Shown piece after piece: positions 13,888-26,470 of a stretch of DNA of 64,000 nt. A program made the position numbers and the translations under genes. The notes under the pieces were generated by a model that searched no databases, had not been told where the DNA came from, and saw nothing but the letters and a program-made list of their open reading frames with translations. Position 1 is the first letter of the stretch. Every line of letters begins with the position of its first letter. This stretch comes from the human T2T-CHM13v2.0 reference genome, Homo sapiens, in the NCBI RefSeq assembly GCF_009914755.1, contig NC_060939.1; one strand, given 5' to 3'.

Positions 13888-15625
13888 GCAGCTTATTTGA
13901 AATATAACTCATATACTTTGAAGTTTATCTGTGTAAAGTGTACAATGTGATGGTTTTTGTGTATTTGCAAAGTTGTGCATTGATCACTCTGAAAAGAAAC
14001 GTCATACCCATTTACCAGTCGCTCGCCCTTGTCCTTCCCTGGCAACCACAAATCTACTTTCTGTCCCTATGGATTGTCCTCTTCTGGACATTTCATATAA
14101 GTGCAGTCATACAATATAGGGCCTTTTGTGCCTGGCTTCTTTCACTTAGCATGATGTTTTCCAAGTTTCCCCCTTGTTGTAGCATGTACCAGTACTTCAT
14201 TATTTTTTGTGGCTGAATAATATTTCATTGTATGGATGTACCATAATTTGTCTGTCCATTTATCAGTTAATGGACTCTGAGGGTGTTTGCCCTTTTTGGC
14301 TATTTTAATGTCACTATGAACATTCATGAGCAAGCTTTGGAACATATGCTTTTAATTGTCTTTGGTATACATCTAGGAATGAAATCGCTGGGTTATGTAA
14401 CAACTAAGCTTAATCCTTTGAGGAATTGTTGGATTGTTTTCCAAAGAATCATTTTACATTCCCACCAGCCATCTCTGAAGATTCCAGATTCTCCCACATC
14501 ATTGCTAACACTTGTTATTATCTGTGCATTTTGTTACAGCCTTCCCAGGGAGTGTGAAGTAGTCACATTTTGCTTTTGCTTTGTATTTTCCTGATGAATA
14601 GAGATGTTGAGTATCTTTTCAGGTGTTTATTCGCTATTGGTATATCTTCATTGGAAAAATGTCTATTCACATTCTTTGTCCATGTTTAAATTGGGTTGTC
14701 TTTTTATTATTGAGTTGTAAGAATTTTGCATTCTGGATACAGGTCCCTTATCAAATACATTATTTGCAAATATTTTATCTCATTCTGTAGGTTATCTTTT
14801 CACTTTCTGGATGGTGTCCTTCGAAGCATGAAAGTTTTCAATTTTGATGAGGTCAAATTAACCTATTTTTTTGGGACACTTTTAGTTCATGTCATTTGTG
14901 ATCATTGCCTAATCCAAGCTCACAAAGATTTGCTCCTTTGTTTCTTTTAAGTGTTTATGTTTTTAACTCTTTTGTTGTTGTTGTTGTTGAGACAGGGTCT
15001 CACTTTGTCACCCAGGCTGGAATGCAGTGGCGTGATTTGGGCTCACTACAGCCTTGATCTCCTGGGCTCAAGTGGTCCTCCTGCCTTAGCCTCCCAAATA
15101 TCTGAGACTACAGGTGCATGCCATCACACCTGACTACTTTTTTTGTATTTTTGTAAAGACGGGGTTTTGCCATGTTGCTCAGTCTGGTCTCAAACTTCTG
15201 AGCTCAAGTGATCTGCCTGCCTTGGCCTCCCAAAGTGCTGGGATTATAGGCATGAGCCACCACACCCAACCTGTTTTAAACTCTTACGTGTAGGTTTTTG
15301 ATCAATTTTGAGTTAATTTTTTCATATGATATGAGGTAGGGGTCCAATTTCACTCTTTTACATGTGAATATCCTGTTGTTCCAGAATAGTTTGTTGAAAG
15401 GCTATTTTTTCTTCAATGAGTTGCCTTAGCACCCTTGTCAAAAATCAGTTCACCATAAATGGAAAAGTTTTTCTGCCCTGAAGTCTCAGTTCTATCTATT
15501 TGTCTATCTTTCTGCCAGTACCACACTGTCTTGATTGTTGTAGCTTTGTAATATGTTTTGAGATTGGAAAGTAGGAACTGTCAAAAAAATATTTTTTTTA
15601 AGATTGCTTTGGTTAATCTAGGCAC
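13888..15625 (-). mobile_element. L1MA/L1MB-type LINE, 3' portion
   Basis: Antisense 3'UTR and ORF2 end (ccctggcaaccacaaatctactttctgtccctatggatt; tggctgaataatatttcattgtatggatgtacc); ORF 14142-14345(-) resembles the L1 ORF2p C-terminus (KLWYIHTMKYYSATK). Confidence 0.88.
14972..15271 (-). mobile_element. AluJ inside the L1MA/MB
   Basis: gagacagggtctcact, ctcctgggctcaag (J-type); (TTG)n tail; TSD tgtttt(t/a)aactctt at 14958-14971 and 15272-15285. Confidence 0.93.
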
Positions 15626-16684
15626 CAATTTTTCTTTTGGGTAGATTGTCTTCAACTTATTGACCTAAAGGAGTTCTTTTATATTATAAATAATACTTCT
15701 TTGTTTGCAGTAACAAAGATTTTCTCAAGACTATCATTTGACTTTTAGTTCAGTTTATGATATTTTTCATACCAAGTTACACATTTGATAAAGCCCAATG
15801 TACTGAGTTCTCTTGTTTTGGCATTGGTATTTTGTATGTAAATAAAAAGGTTTTTGAAAATGAAACAAAGTACTTCAAGAGTTTCTTTTGATAATTTAAG
15901 TTTCTTTCTTTAGTTTTTAAATGTATCTATAGTTTATTTTGAATATTCTGCATAGTGCTGTAGCTTTTTTGCTTTTTTGTCAACTGAACAGTTTTTTTTT
16001 AACATTTACTGGATATTCTTCCATTTCTTCACTATCTCAAAATCACTCCATTGTTACATATTAAATTCCAATATATACAGTATGTCTATACCTATATAGA
16101 TCTATATCATCTTTCTATCTATCTATATTTATATATTTCGTTCTGTGTTTCTATATCTCTCCAGTGATTTACTATTCTAAGGCAATACAAATACATGCTC
16201 TTAATGATTACAGCTTTGTAATATATTTTGCTGTTTGCATAGCAATCCCAGTTCCCACTATTTTTTGTTGTCCTTTATTTATATTTTTAAAATTTCTTGG
16301 CTATTTGTGTACATTATTTTTCTTTGAGATAAATATTATGATTTATTTTTCAAGTTCCAGAGACTCCTGTTGCCATTTTGTTTGGAGTTATATTAAATTT
16401 CGGAATCATTTGGTAGGGTATTGCCATTCTCAGAGTCCTCCGCATTACTGTCTAGGAGCATAGAATGTTTCCTTATTTGTTTGAGTCTTCTTTTATGGCC
16501 TTGCATTAACTTTTGTGAATTTCTTCACATAGGTTTTGCAAATTTCTCAGTGTGACCTGTTTCAAATGTACACTTGACTGCTGGTCCTTTGGAACCTGGA
16601 AATGGATTTTCTATTGACAGGATATAATAACAGATGGTGGTTAATCCCACCTATTACAGCCACGTAGAAGAGGCAGGCAAAGGA

Positions 16685-16905
16685 GCTGAGTGGTCAGGGC
16701 TGGGCACCAAAGTTCAATGATATGGGTCTGAGTCCCAATCCCACCTCTTCCAAGCTGTGTGACTTTCAACAGGTTACCTTCTCCTCTCTCTCTCTACTCA
16801 TTTCTTTGCGTGTTAAGTGGAATGATAATAGTCCCTCCCTCAGAGGGTTGTTGTAGGCATTCATGCCAGACATATAAGAAATACTCAATAAACATCAGCT
16901 AGTAT
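16685..16905 (+). mobile_element. MIR SINE
   Basis: agctgtgtgactttc...gtggaatgataatagtccctccctcagagggttgttgtagg...actcaataaac. Confidence 0.8.
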
Positions 16906-19900
16906 TATTAAGTTCCATGAGGACATGCTTTGAGATCCAATGTAGGGCATATGGTCCAGGCACACACTGAACTCCCCATTTGTCCTTCAGCTTTGTGATT
17001 GAGGTGAGGTTGCAAGGAATGGGTTTGGTCAGGTACATGATGCTGGGACACTTTGAGGCTTCCAGATGGAGGAGGCAAGGAGAAGGGAGAAGAAAAACAG
17101 AACAGGATTTAGCAAGAGCCATTTAAACATAAGAAGCAATCTGGATGCTGCCTTCATAGAACTCTGCAGTCTCTCTCAATCAGAGGCTGCCGCAGCATCG
17201 TCACTTGCCTCCCGGCCTTTGGTCTCCCTGCAAATTGCCCCTGTCTAAACCAAGGCCTCCCAAAAATGTAGCTCTCATCAGAGCATTGCCTTCAGTAGGC
17301 CCTGACTGGCTTCACAATGCCCATAAAACAGATCTGGGCTACTAAATGTGGTTTGAGAATCTGGTTCCTTTATTATTTTTGTAGTCTGATATCTCTTTGC
17401 TCTAGTGATCTATAATTTCTTTCTGTCCCTTCCTCCCTTTCCAAACTCTTTCTTTAAATTACTTAGGTTTATAGCAGAGATCATTTCATTCTGAAGACTT
17501 CCCCTGGCTTCTTTCCCTTCTGGATAAATGCTTGCTGTTTTGTAGCTTAAATTGTCTTCCAGACTCTGATTTTCCTAAGTAGCCCCCAAAAATGTCCTTA
17601 CATCTAGTAGCTGTCCATATTGTGATTAGTGAAATATACTATGAAGGCAAATGTGTTAAGTCGATGGCACAGATACTCTTTTTACCCTAAATTTCATGGC
17701 CCTTTCCTCACCACATGGAGATTTGGTGGAGACAAATACTATGAAATGCCTATACGTTGTCTATTGACTTTCTAATCAATTTATACCTTGCTGGAGTACA
17801 TAAAATACTGCATACGGTTTTCCCCTCCCCACCAGGCATACAGTTTTGGCTACTCCATAACTTAATAAAAGCTCAAATATTGACCAGAACTTCAGTGGTT
17901 AACCCTAGAATAGCCGGTAAGGTATGGATGCCAAAATGAGTTATCATAACAATCTAAGCTTTACAATTATTTGGTAAAGTAAAGTGGTCCTGACTGAATC
18001 GGGGCTGAGGGGATGGAATGCCGATCCTAGTTCTGGTACAAATGGGCCTTTGACCTTAAGTGAGTATGGAAGAGTTTCCAGGCCTTTTTCAGTTATCCAC
18101 CTATGGACCAACTAGAGGCTTTTCCAATGTTCTTGAAGGTTTCATCTAACTGAAAGCACTGTCATTTTGCATCGTTCTCCTGCTGAAAAGTTATGCATTC
18201 CATTCAGAGTTACTTGTTAAGTCCTTAGTGAAAGAGGCTGAACAAAAAAGAAACAAAATATCTGACCCCTACCATTGTAGAATTTGAAATATATTACATA
18301 ATTAAGTGATATATAAACCATTTACTTTAATTTCATGTTTTGGTGTCTTGAGTTTGGATAACGAGTCTGTTCAAAATCCAATTATCCATTCTATTTTCTC
18401 ACCCTCCACTACATACGTGAATACATTCATTACCCACTTCCCAAAACCACTCCCCAGTGCCACAAAACACATAAAGAGAGCTTTGTGAAGAGGTGGTATT
18501 CGAAGCAAGTGGACGGGCAGACTTGAAAGGGAGGCATTAGTCCAGGTCTCAGAGCCAGGGTGGAGGAAGTGTAAAATCAGGAGTGGGAAAATCAAACACC
18601 AAGACGTTCAGTTTGGGGAGAACAGAGGGAGCCTTGAGGGTTAGGGTCTTCAGAGGGGACAGGGTGGAGAGGGAGGAGTAGACATTTTTCAACCAGGATT
18701 GAATGGTAGATTCAAAAGAAGACAGACAAAGACCAGAATTAATCTTCAAAAAGAGCAAACTGTGGTACAACTTAATAAAGATATTAACATGACTCAAACA
18801 CTCCCCTTGTTTTCATCTATTAAGGAGAAAACTGGTCAAGGTCCAAATATGTACCTATAAAGTGGCCCTGAAGTTAGATGTTTGATACCCGACCAATTAC
18901 ATCTGTACAGTTGTCGGCTGGGCATCTGGTCTCTCATCAAAGCAATGTGACATTTAAGATACAGAGTCAAACAGATGGCTGTATTTTGCTGAACTGGACT
19001 TTAATGAAAAACTCCAGATTCTTTTGTTGCAGAGGAAAGGGATTATTGCCATAGAGGATGTTCATGATGGGGGGAAAAGATAATGCTACATCAAAGAATT
19101 GAAATGAGCAAGGAAACATTGAGATGATTTCACTTCTCATGAGAGATTAAAAAAAAAGTAACTCAGATAATGTGAAATGTTCCAAATTTATGCAAGAGAA
19201 AGCTAAAGTCAGGTTGCATTTAAAATCCCAGTTACCCTCTTTAAAATGAAAGAAACTTCAGCTAACTTTATTCAGTATTAAAAAACCCAAGAAATATGGA
19301 ACGAGTATTTCTTCCACGAAAACAGGAAGGAAAAATGTAAGGTAGGATTAATGCCACATTATCAGAGAAAGGTGATTAGGAACATTTGAATTTTCTAAAC
19401 AATCTCAGCTTTCCAAGCTGAACCATCCCCAAATGACAATGGCATCCTTGTTTTCTATAGGTTGTGCCCCTCTTCACGAGGAACCTGTTAAATGCCCGCA
19501 AATCTTTACGGGTTGCCGAAGAGAAATTATCACATCAGCTTATCAGAAACCATGGCCCGGGTTCGGTTATATCCCTGTCAGAAAAATAACTTCTTAGACT
19601 TGGTAATGTTTTTAATGTGATTCAAATGGTTTTGAAACTCCCGATTTCAGAGTTTCCATTTCCCAGATAATTATCTTTGTAACATTTTAAAAGGGAAAGA
19701 GTAGAAGAGGGTATGCGAATATGGTTCTTTTCCAAAGCTCACTAATTGAATGCAAATAAATTGTAAACTCATTACAATGCAGGGTGCTTTAATTAAAATG
19801 GTACATGTGACATCATAAAAACAACAAGAGAATGAACTTTACTTAGAATTTGATAACCTTTTATAAATAATAGTTCTTAATCAGAAGCAGAAGGGGGCAC

Positions 19901-21699
19901 AGGAGCATTCAAGAGTTGTTTGTAAATGCAGACGCGTTTTCAGCACAGTAATTGTCTTTACGAGGGAAGTCACACAGAGGGAGCTTTGCTCGCTGAGGCT
20001 TAGAATTTATTGACTGCCTGCTAAAGTTATGGGCCGCAGTGTAACATTCCAGCACAGTACTACTTGAGATTCTAAGAATCAAGTGTCTCCAAAGAGGCTT
20101 TCATTAGTTCCCTCAGTACCCACTCAGTATCTCGTGACACAGTTTCAAGTCAGGGGTTTTAAGTGCATCTTCTAATAACTATAGGCAAAGGAAAAATCAG
20201 TTTGCTTTCCTTTAACTCCTAAAAATAGCACTGATTGTCAGGTAAACATCAAAGGAAGTGATGGGTGAACTTGACTTTGAAAAATACAAAAGGCTCTTAG
20301 ACACAATGTGTAAAAATGATTACATGGTAGCATGGTTGCGTCTGCTTCAATGGAACATTTTTCCCATTGATATTTGGGTCTGTTTAGTTATGAAACACAC
20401 ACACACACAACAATTCCCAGTGCTCTTTTAGCAGGGTAAATAGAAAATCAGAAGGGTTCTTTTAAAAAAATTCTTTTATGATTACAGACAACGCTACAGT
20501 TATCAGTTTATGCATCTGCTGGATCTTTCACTGTGCACGTATTTTTAGTAAAATGAGATCGTACTATACACACAGTTCTTGCAATCTGCTTTTTCCAGCC
20601 AATGATCTACATGTATCCATTTCAGTAAATGTTCATCCACTGATATTCAGGCTGTGCTTGGCTTCCATTATTAAACCTACATATCTTTTACAAGGTACAT
20701 TGCAGAGCCCACATTGAAACTGGCTGCTATGCCTGCGAATCTCTTTCAGTTCAGCACATCTCCTGTCCCGTGACCATGACTTGTTCAACAGAATGGACCA
20801 GTGTGTCTGCAGAATGTCCCACTCTTTGAAAGTGTTGGCTTGATTCTAATTCTGCTCTTTTTTAACCATCATAACACAAATCTTTTACTTGGATGTTCTT
20901 TTTTTCTTATTTTTTAGCTAGATCTTGTTTAGAGAATAAATTATAATGGTCAGAAAATAAATAAATCAAATGGTCAGAAAGCTGAGTTAAAGTTTTCACA
21001 GCACTGTTGCATCATTTACTTGGTACTCCTTTTGGTAGAATCATAAACATTCCCCATTTGAACACATATATTAAAAAGCGAGATTATTCCAACATTTCTT
21101 CCCCATCTCTTGCTTTCAGTACTGTGTAAATGAACACAAATTCTTGTTTATAGTATCCTTTAGTGAAAAAGAGAGAAAGAGAGAAAGATTGAAGATTCAA
21201 TTCCTAGTGGTTTGCTTTGTTCCCAAATAATGCTGTTGATAAGAGGTCAGCACGAATATATTCAAATCTCTTGTAATAATTTGAGATCATTTTCACTGTC
21301 CTAATTTCTTGAGAAAGTTATGAGCTGCCCTCCTATGTTATACCTCTGATAATCTTTCCAAAGTTATGATGAAAATGGGTTAGTAATCCAGATGTCAATC
21401 ATTTCCTCAGTCTCTCTGATTTTCACATATTATTTATTCACACAATTTCATATATTTACATAAAAATTAAAGTGATTTTTTTTTTCAGGGGAAAACCAAG
21501 ATGGCTTTAAAAAATAACTGTGTACCATGTAATTCTAGTTAGACAGGAGCTTTAATTCTATTTCAAAATTTTATAATCTTTTAAAAGTAACAAAAATTCT
21601 CTATCAGTGTTATTGTCTATAATTCATTTATTCAAACTAATATGTTACTACTCTGAAATTGGATATTTAGATTCATTATAAAATAGTAACATTTAAAAA

Positions 21700-21830
21700 T
21701 AGAAAATATTTACAGAATGCTTACAATGGTCGAGGCACTGGAATAAGTACTTTCCAAGGATTATTTTATTTAAGTCTCACAAAAATCCTTCAAGGATAGA
21801 TGCTACTATTATATTCATTCTACATCTGAT
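21700..21830 (-). mobile_element. MIR fragment
   Basis: atttacagaatgcttac...ggcactggaataagtacttt...tttaagtctcacaaaaatcc. Confidence 0.7.
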
Positions 21831-22209
21831 AGAAAAGATAGAAAAGCTAAAATGTGTTTTTTGGGGGGAAGGAATTAAAAATGCACATTTGGTAAAGAAC
21901 CTACAGTTGAAATACACTTTGGTGACCTGTACTTTTCAGGTGGGTGTATTTTAAAATAGTCCTCTTTTGAGATGTTGTCTACAGTAGCTGTCTGTCATAT
22001 GCCTGGATGGAAAATACCTACTTAGGTCAGTAGCATTTCATTCCCCAAACAGAAGAATCCAGGAAATCAATAAAATGTGAGTACTGTCAAACTATTAGCT
22101 TTGGTGAGTACTAGGATGGTATTGTTCTGTCCTGTCATTGAGAATATTGTGGATGAGGCAGTTTAGATGAATGGCCTTTTGAGAGGTTTCATAGTAGAAG
22201 AGCAGTCTA

Positions 22210-22599
<390 letters not shown>

Positions 22600-23184
22600 T
22601 TATTTATCTGCCTATGCTAACGTTGATGGGCTAATTCATATAATAGGGACATTTGTTTTGAAAAAGTAGACAGAAAAAAGAGCATGTAAATAACATCCCA
22701 TTAAAGACTTTTCATTTGTTGTTCTGTTTTCTTTTGGAATAAAACACATAATTTTTTTCTATATAAATATCTTCCAGGAAGTTAATCGCCAGGTTTCTAC
22801 AAATAAATATTCTGACTATTTTAGTTGTGTAGTTTTAGCCATCACTGTAATGATTCAAAAATTTTAAATTTTAATGCAATTAACAACTAAAATATAAGAA
22901 TGGTTTAAAAAGCAAAGAGTTCAGAAAATAAATATTATATTTAATTCCTAGAATAAGAGATTCCTGGATTATACGAATTGCTATATATCATGACTCAAAT
23001 AGCTGATTAGTTCTTTTCTTAGGTGACTACTAAGTATAATCTGGAAGGGAAAAAAAAGGGTGACATGTTATTTCCAGAACTTGGATTTGAAAATGCTTTA
23101 CAAAGCTATCCAAAGCCAAGGACATTCATTAAAATGCAATTATCTAAAACAATATTGGAGAAGTTATTTAATCATGATAACAGT

Positions 23185-23400
23185 AAGAGTTAAAGTAAGT
23201 AACTAAGTAACTTTTATGCTAAGCACTTTATCTGAGTTAATTTCATCCCCACGACGATCCGTATTATTCCCTGCTTGCAGATGAGGAAACAAGCTTAGTG
23301 AGATTGAAGTCATGTCTCCTAATTCTGGGTCTCACAACTAAGATTAGATATTTTGTGGATTTGAAAGTAAGTCTGTTCTGTAAGCCCAAGCCTCTGACTC
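23185..23400 (-). mobile_element. MIR SINE
   Basis: tgctaagcacttta...tattattccctgcttgcagatgaggaaacaagcttagtgagattgaagt. Confidence 0.75.
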
Positions 23401-24708
23401 CTACGTCATAGCAACTCCCAGGCTTTTAAAAGTTCAGCTCGATTTAATATAAAATGTTTGATAAAATGTATTCAATTGTTGACAGCCATCATGGAGCTTC
23501 TACTAAGCACCACCAGGTGGAATGAAAACAGGGGCGATAGAAACCATAACTGTTATGTTCCGCCCTCTGGAGGCTTCCAGACAAGTAGAGAGATGTGAAG
23601 ACTATTATTAAAACCATGCAACTGTCTGTATTAATTAGAAAGGTGAATTTCCGAGTTCAGTTCCCTTTTGCGGGGAAAGGGTGATGGTCAGAAGGGGCAA
23701 AAGTCACTGATCTTCCAAGTGAGAAGGTAACAAATGCTTCTTAGGGGCAAAAAGTGTTCAGGTCATGTGCACAGCAAAACTGACAAATGTAAATAAAGAT
23801 AAGATAGTGCATAATGTTCATTTTGTATCACTCTCTCTTGAGAATCCATTGTGAGTGAATTATTGGACTTGTAATACTAGTTTATCTGTAAATTTTCTAG
23901 ATTTTATTTCCTTAGCCATTAAATGAAGTATGTTTAGTTGTACATTAAAATACTGTTTCAACATGATGATGTGCAATTGTATATCTGTCAAAATTGAGAG
24001 AAAAAGGAGTTAAATGTTATAATCAACATTTAAGATATGAAGAAATTATCTTTAAACTTTGTAAGATAATGAAAAATCATGGGAAGCACTGAATATGTTC
24101 TCTATCTTAAATTATTGCTTGGATAATATAGAAATGCAGGTTCTTTCTATATTATTTTTCTCATCAGTTCTCTTTCTTTTGATAAGTATTGGCCACTATA
24201 TTTTTTTCAGCATGATATTTTCGCCACAAATAAAACAAAGCTCCCTACAACTTCTATGTCTATAAAAATTCCTCATTTCCTCCAACCTAAAAATAAATCT
24301 TTTAATGGAGCCCAGAAAACTGAGTATTTGCCCACAAGCCTAAAATCTGAACATTGGGAATTATCAAGATAGGTGTCATTATGGAAAAACCGCCTGCATC
24401 AAATCAGTTTCTTACCACCCCCATAGTTTACCTTAATAGAAATTCTATGCCAGAAAATACCATGGAGCCAAAGAGAGTTGAACAATAAATCCTGACATCC
24501 AGCGTGCACTTAACATATAGAAGTTGTTCACTTAGTGGCTTTTTTTTTTTTGGCAGAATGCAAATAACTTTATTAAAATAGTATCATTCATAAAATAACA
24601 CAACAGTAAATATATTATTATAAAGATGAGAAAATAGCTTTTATCAAAATTTATTTTGTTTAATATATAATATTTTCGAATGCAAGATAGCATTGGGTTT
24701 GTAAATAG

Positions 24709-24965
24709 GTTTTTAATTTTTTTAATTTTAATTTTAATATCAATAATTTTTGAAGTACAGGTGGTTTTTGGTTACATGAATAAGTTCTTTAGTGGTAATT
24801 TCTGAGCAGTGTACGTTGTACCTAATATGTAGTCTTATATCCATCAGCCCCCTCCCAACCTTAACCCCCAAGTCCCCAAAGTCCATTATATCATTCTTAT
24901 ATCTTTGCATCCTCATAGCTTAGCTCCCGCTTCTAAGTGAGAACATACGATGTTTGGTTTTCCAT
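24709..24965 (-). mobile_element. L1PB1-like 3' end, 5'-truncated, with a short internal deletion
   Basis: caggtggtttttggttacatgaataagttctttagtggt...ccccaaagtccattatatcattcttat...cctcatagcttagctccc. Confidence 0.85.
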
Positions 24966-26289
24966 ATTAAGTAGTTTTATATGAAAGAATGAATAATAAA
25001 CATTAAAAAAACTGAAGCACACATCATCACATTTATAGTGAGTCACACATATTACTTTAAAATTGTCTTATTTTGTTATAATTTAAGTGTCAAAAGAGCC
25101 AGAGGGCTGCAAAAACAGAAAATGCTTTACTTCAACTTCAGTTTTATTCTGGTTGTTGTTCTAGGGAATAGAAGTTCGTGGATAAATATCCATAGAGCTG
25201 GACTCAAGAAACTTCCAATCAAACTGTGTTTGGTAGGACATTAAAAAGAGCTTTTAATGTTGGGATTTTTCCCTGTAGCTGGTTACATAAGATAGTAGGA
25301 ATTCATAGTGTAGATTTGTGTGGCTAGAAATGCTTTCTAGACACCTTTTTAAGCCCAAGCTTGAGCAGTTATTAACCTGGGAAGTTTCACTAAGCCAGTT
25401 CACAGAGGGTTGGCATAACTTCCAAACTGGCCAGAATGCCAACTTCTACAGGTACAAGGTGGCTTTTGATTTGGATTTCCTATCTAACCAACCAACAGGG
25501 CATGCAAAAGGAACATGGAAACAGCACAGAACATGAGAGACCACCATTCCCTGCAGTCCCCTGTTCTTTCAGGGATGCGGGCTGAAGTTTGGTTGTAGTG
25601 CAGTCATGAAATAATGAGGAACCTTCCAGGTTAGAAGAACCAGGAAAGCAAGGACCCTCAGCCCCTGCCAGGACCATGTCGGTACTGAAGACTCCACTCA
25701 CTACCAGACATGGAAACTCTTGGCTCTGACTTTGTTCTGTTCTGTTTTCTTTCCTTCCTCTGTCATTAGGCCTAAGTATGGCTTCTTCCCAGGCTTCTAA
25801 TACCACCAGGATTCCTTGGACGACAAGAGCAAGAAAAATTGCAAAGAAGAGGATGTGCTTCTAATAAAACAAAAAATTCTCTAATAGGATGGTGGGGGAG
25901 AAACTTAAACTTTCTGTAGGTTTTTTTTTTTGTGTGTGAACATCAGACTAAAGACACTTATTTTCTCATAAGACTGTTGTAAGAGTCAGAGGACGTAATA
26001 CAAGGGAACCATGAGGCACCGGTAATCAGATCACATTCCTTGGATTATTATAATTAGTCATCCACAGTAACGTGGTCCTGCTTCCCACTTCAGCTGTTGC
26101 CTGCTCTGCATTTTGATGGCTGGAAGGGAATCCCAGTGCTCCTCTAGCATAGCAAACCGGGTGGTGGACTTGGCAATACATTTTTGTGCAATAGCTGTTG
26201 CTAACTGTAGCCTAAGTTTTTATGCTATTAATTTCCTCTCCTTCATTATTGGACTCTTTTTCTCTTTCTCTTGCTTTTATTAAAAAGAT

Positions 26290-26470
26290 GACAAAAGAAT
26301 TGCACTGTTTAGGTTACAAGGCAGTTTCACATACAGTATCTCATTTCATCCTATCAACAACTCCTTGTATCATTATTCTCATTTCATAGATGAAAAACTG
26401 AAACAGTGATAAGGGGGAAATTGCCCCAGGTAATTCAGGCAATGGTGCTGGACTACTTGGTTTTCTACCA
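26290..26470 (-). mobile_element. MIR fragment
   Basis: atctcatttcatcct...cattattctcatttcatagatgaaaaactgaaacag. Confidence 0.65.

Larger units (their letters stand above)
13190..16545 (-). mobile_element. Old L1M (L1ME/MC-type), split by a younger L1MA/MB
   Basis: Antisense L1 text stops at ...gttcaatctttgtcc (about 13875) and resumes collinearly at aatttttcttttgggtagattgtcttc (about 15628). Confidence 0.75.
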
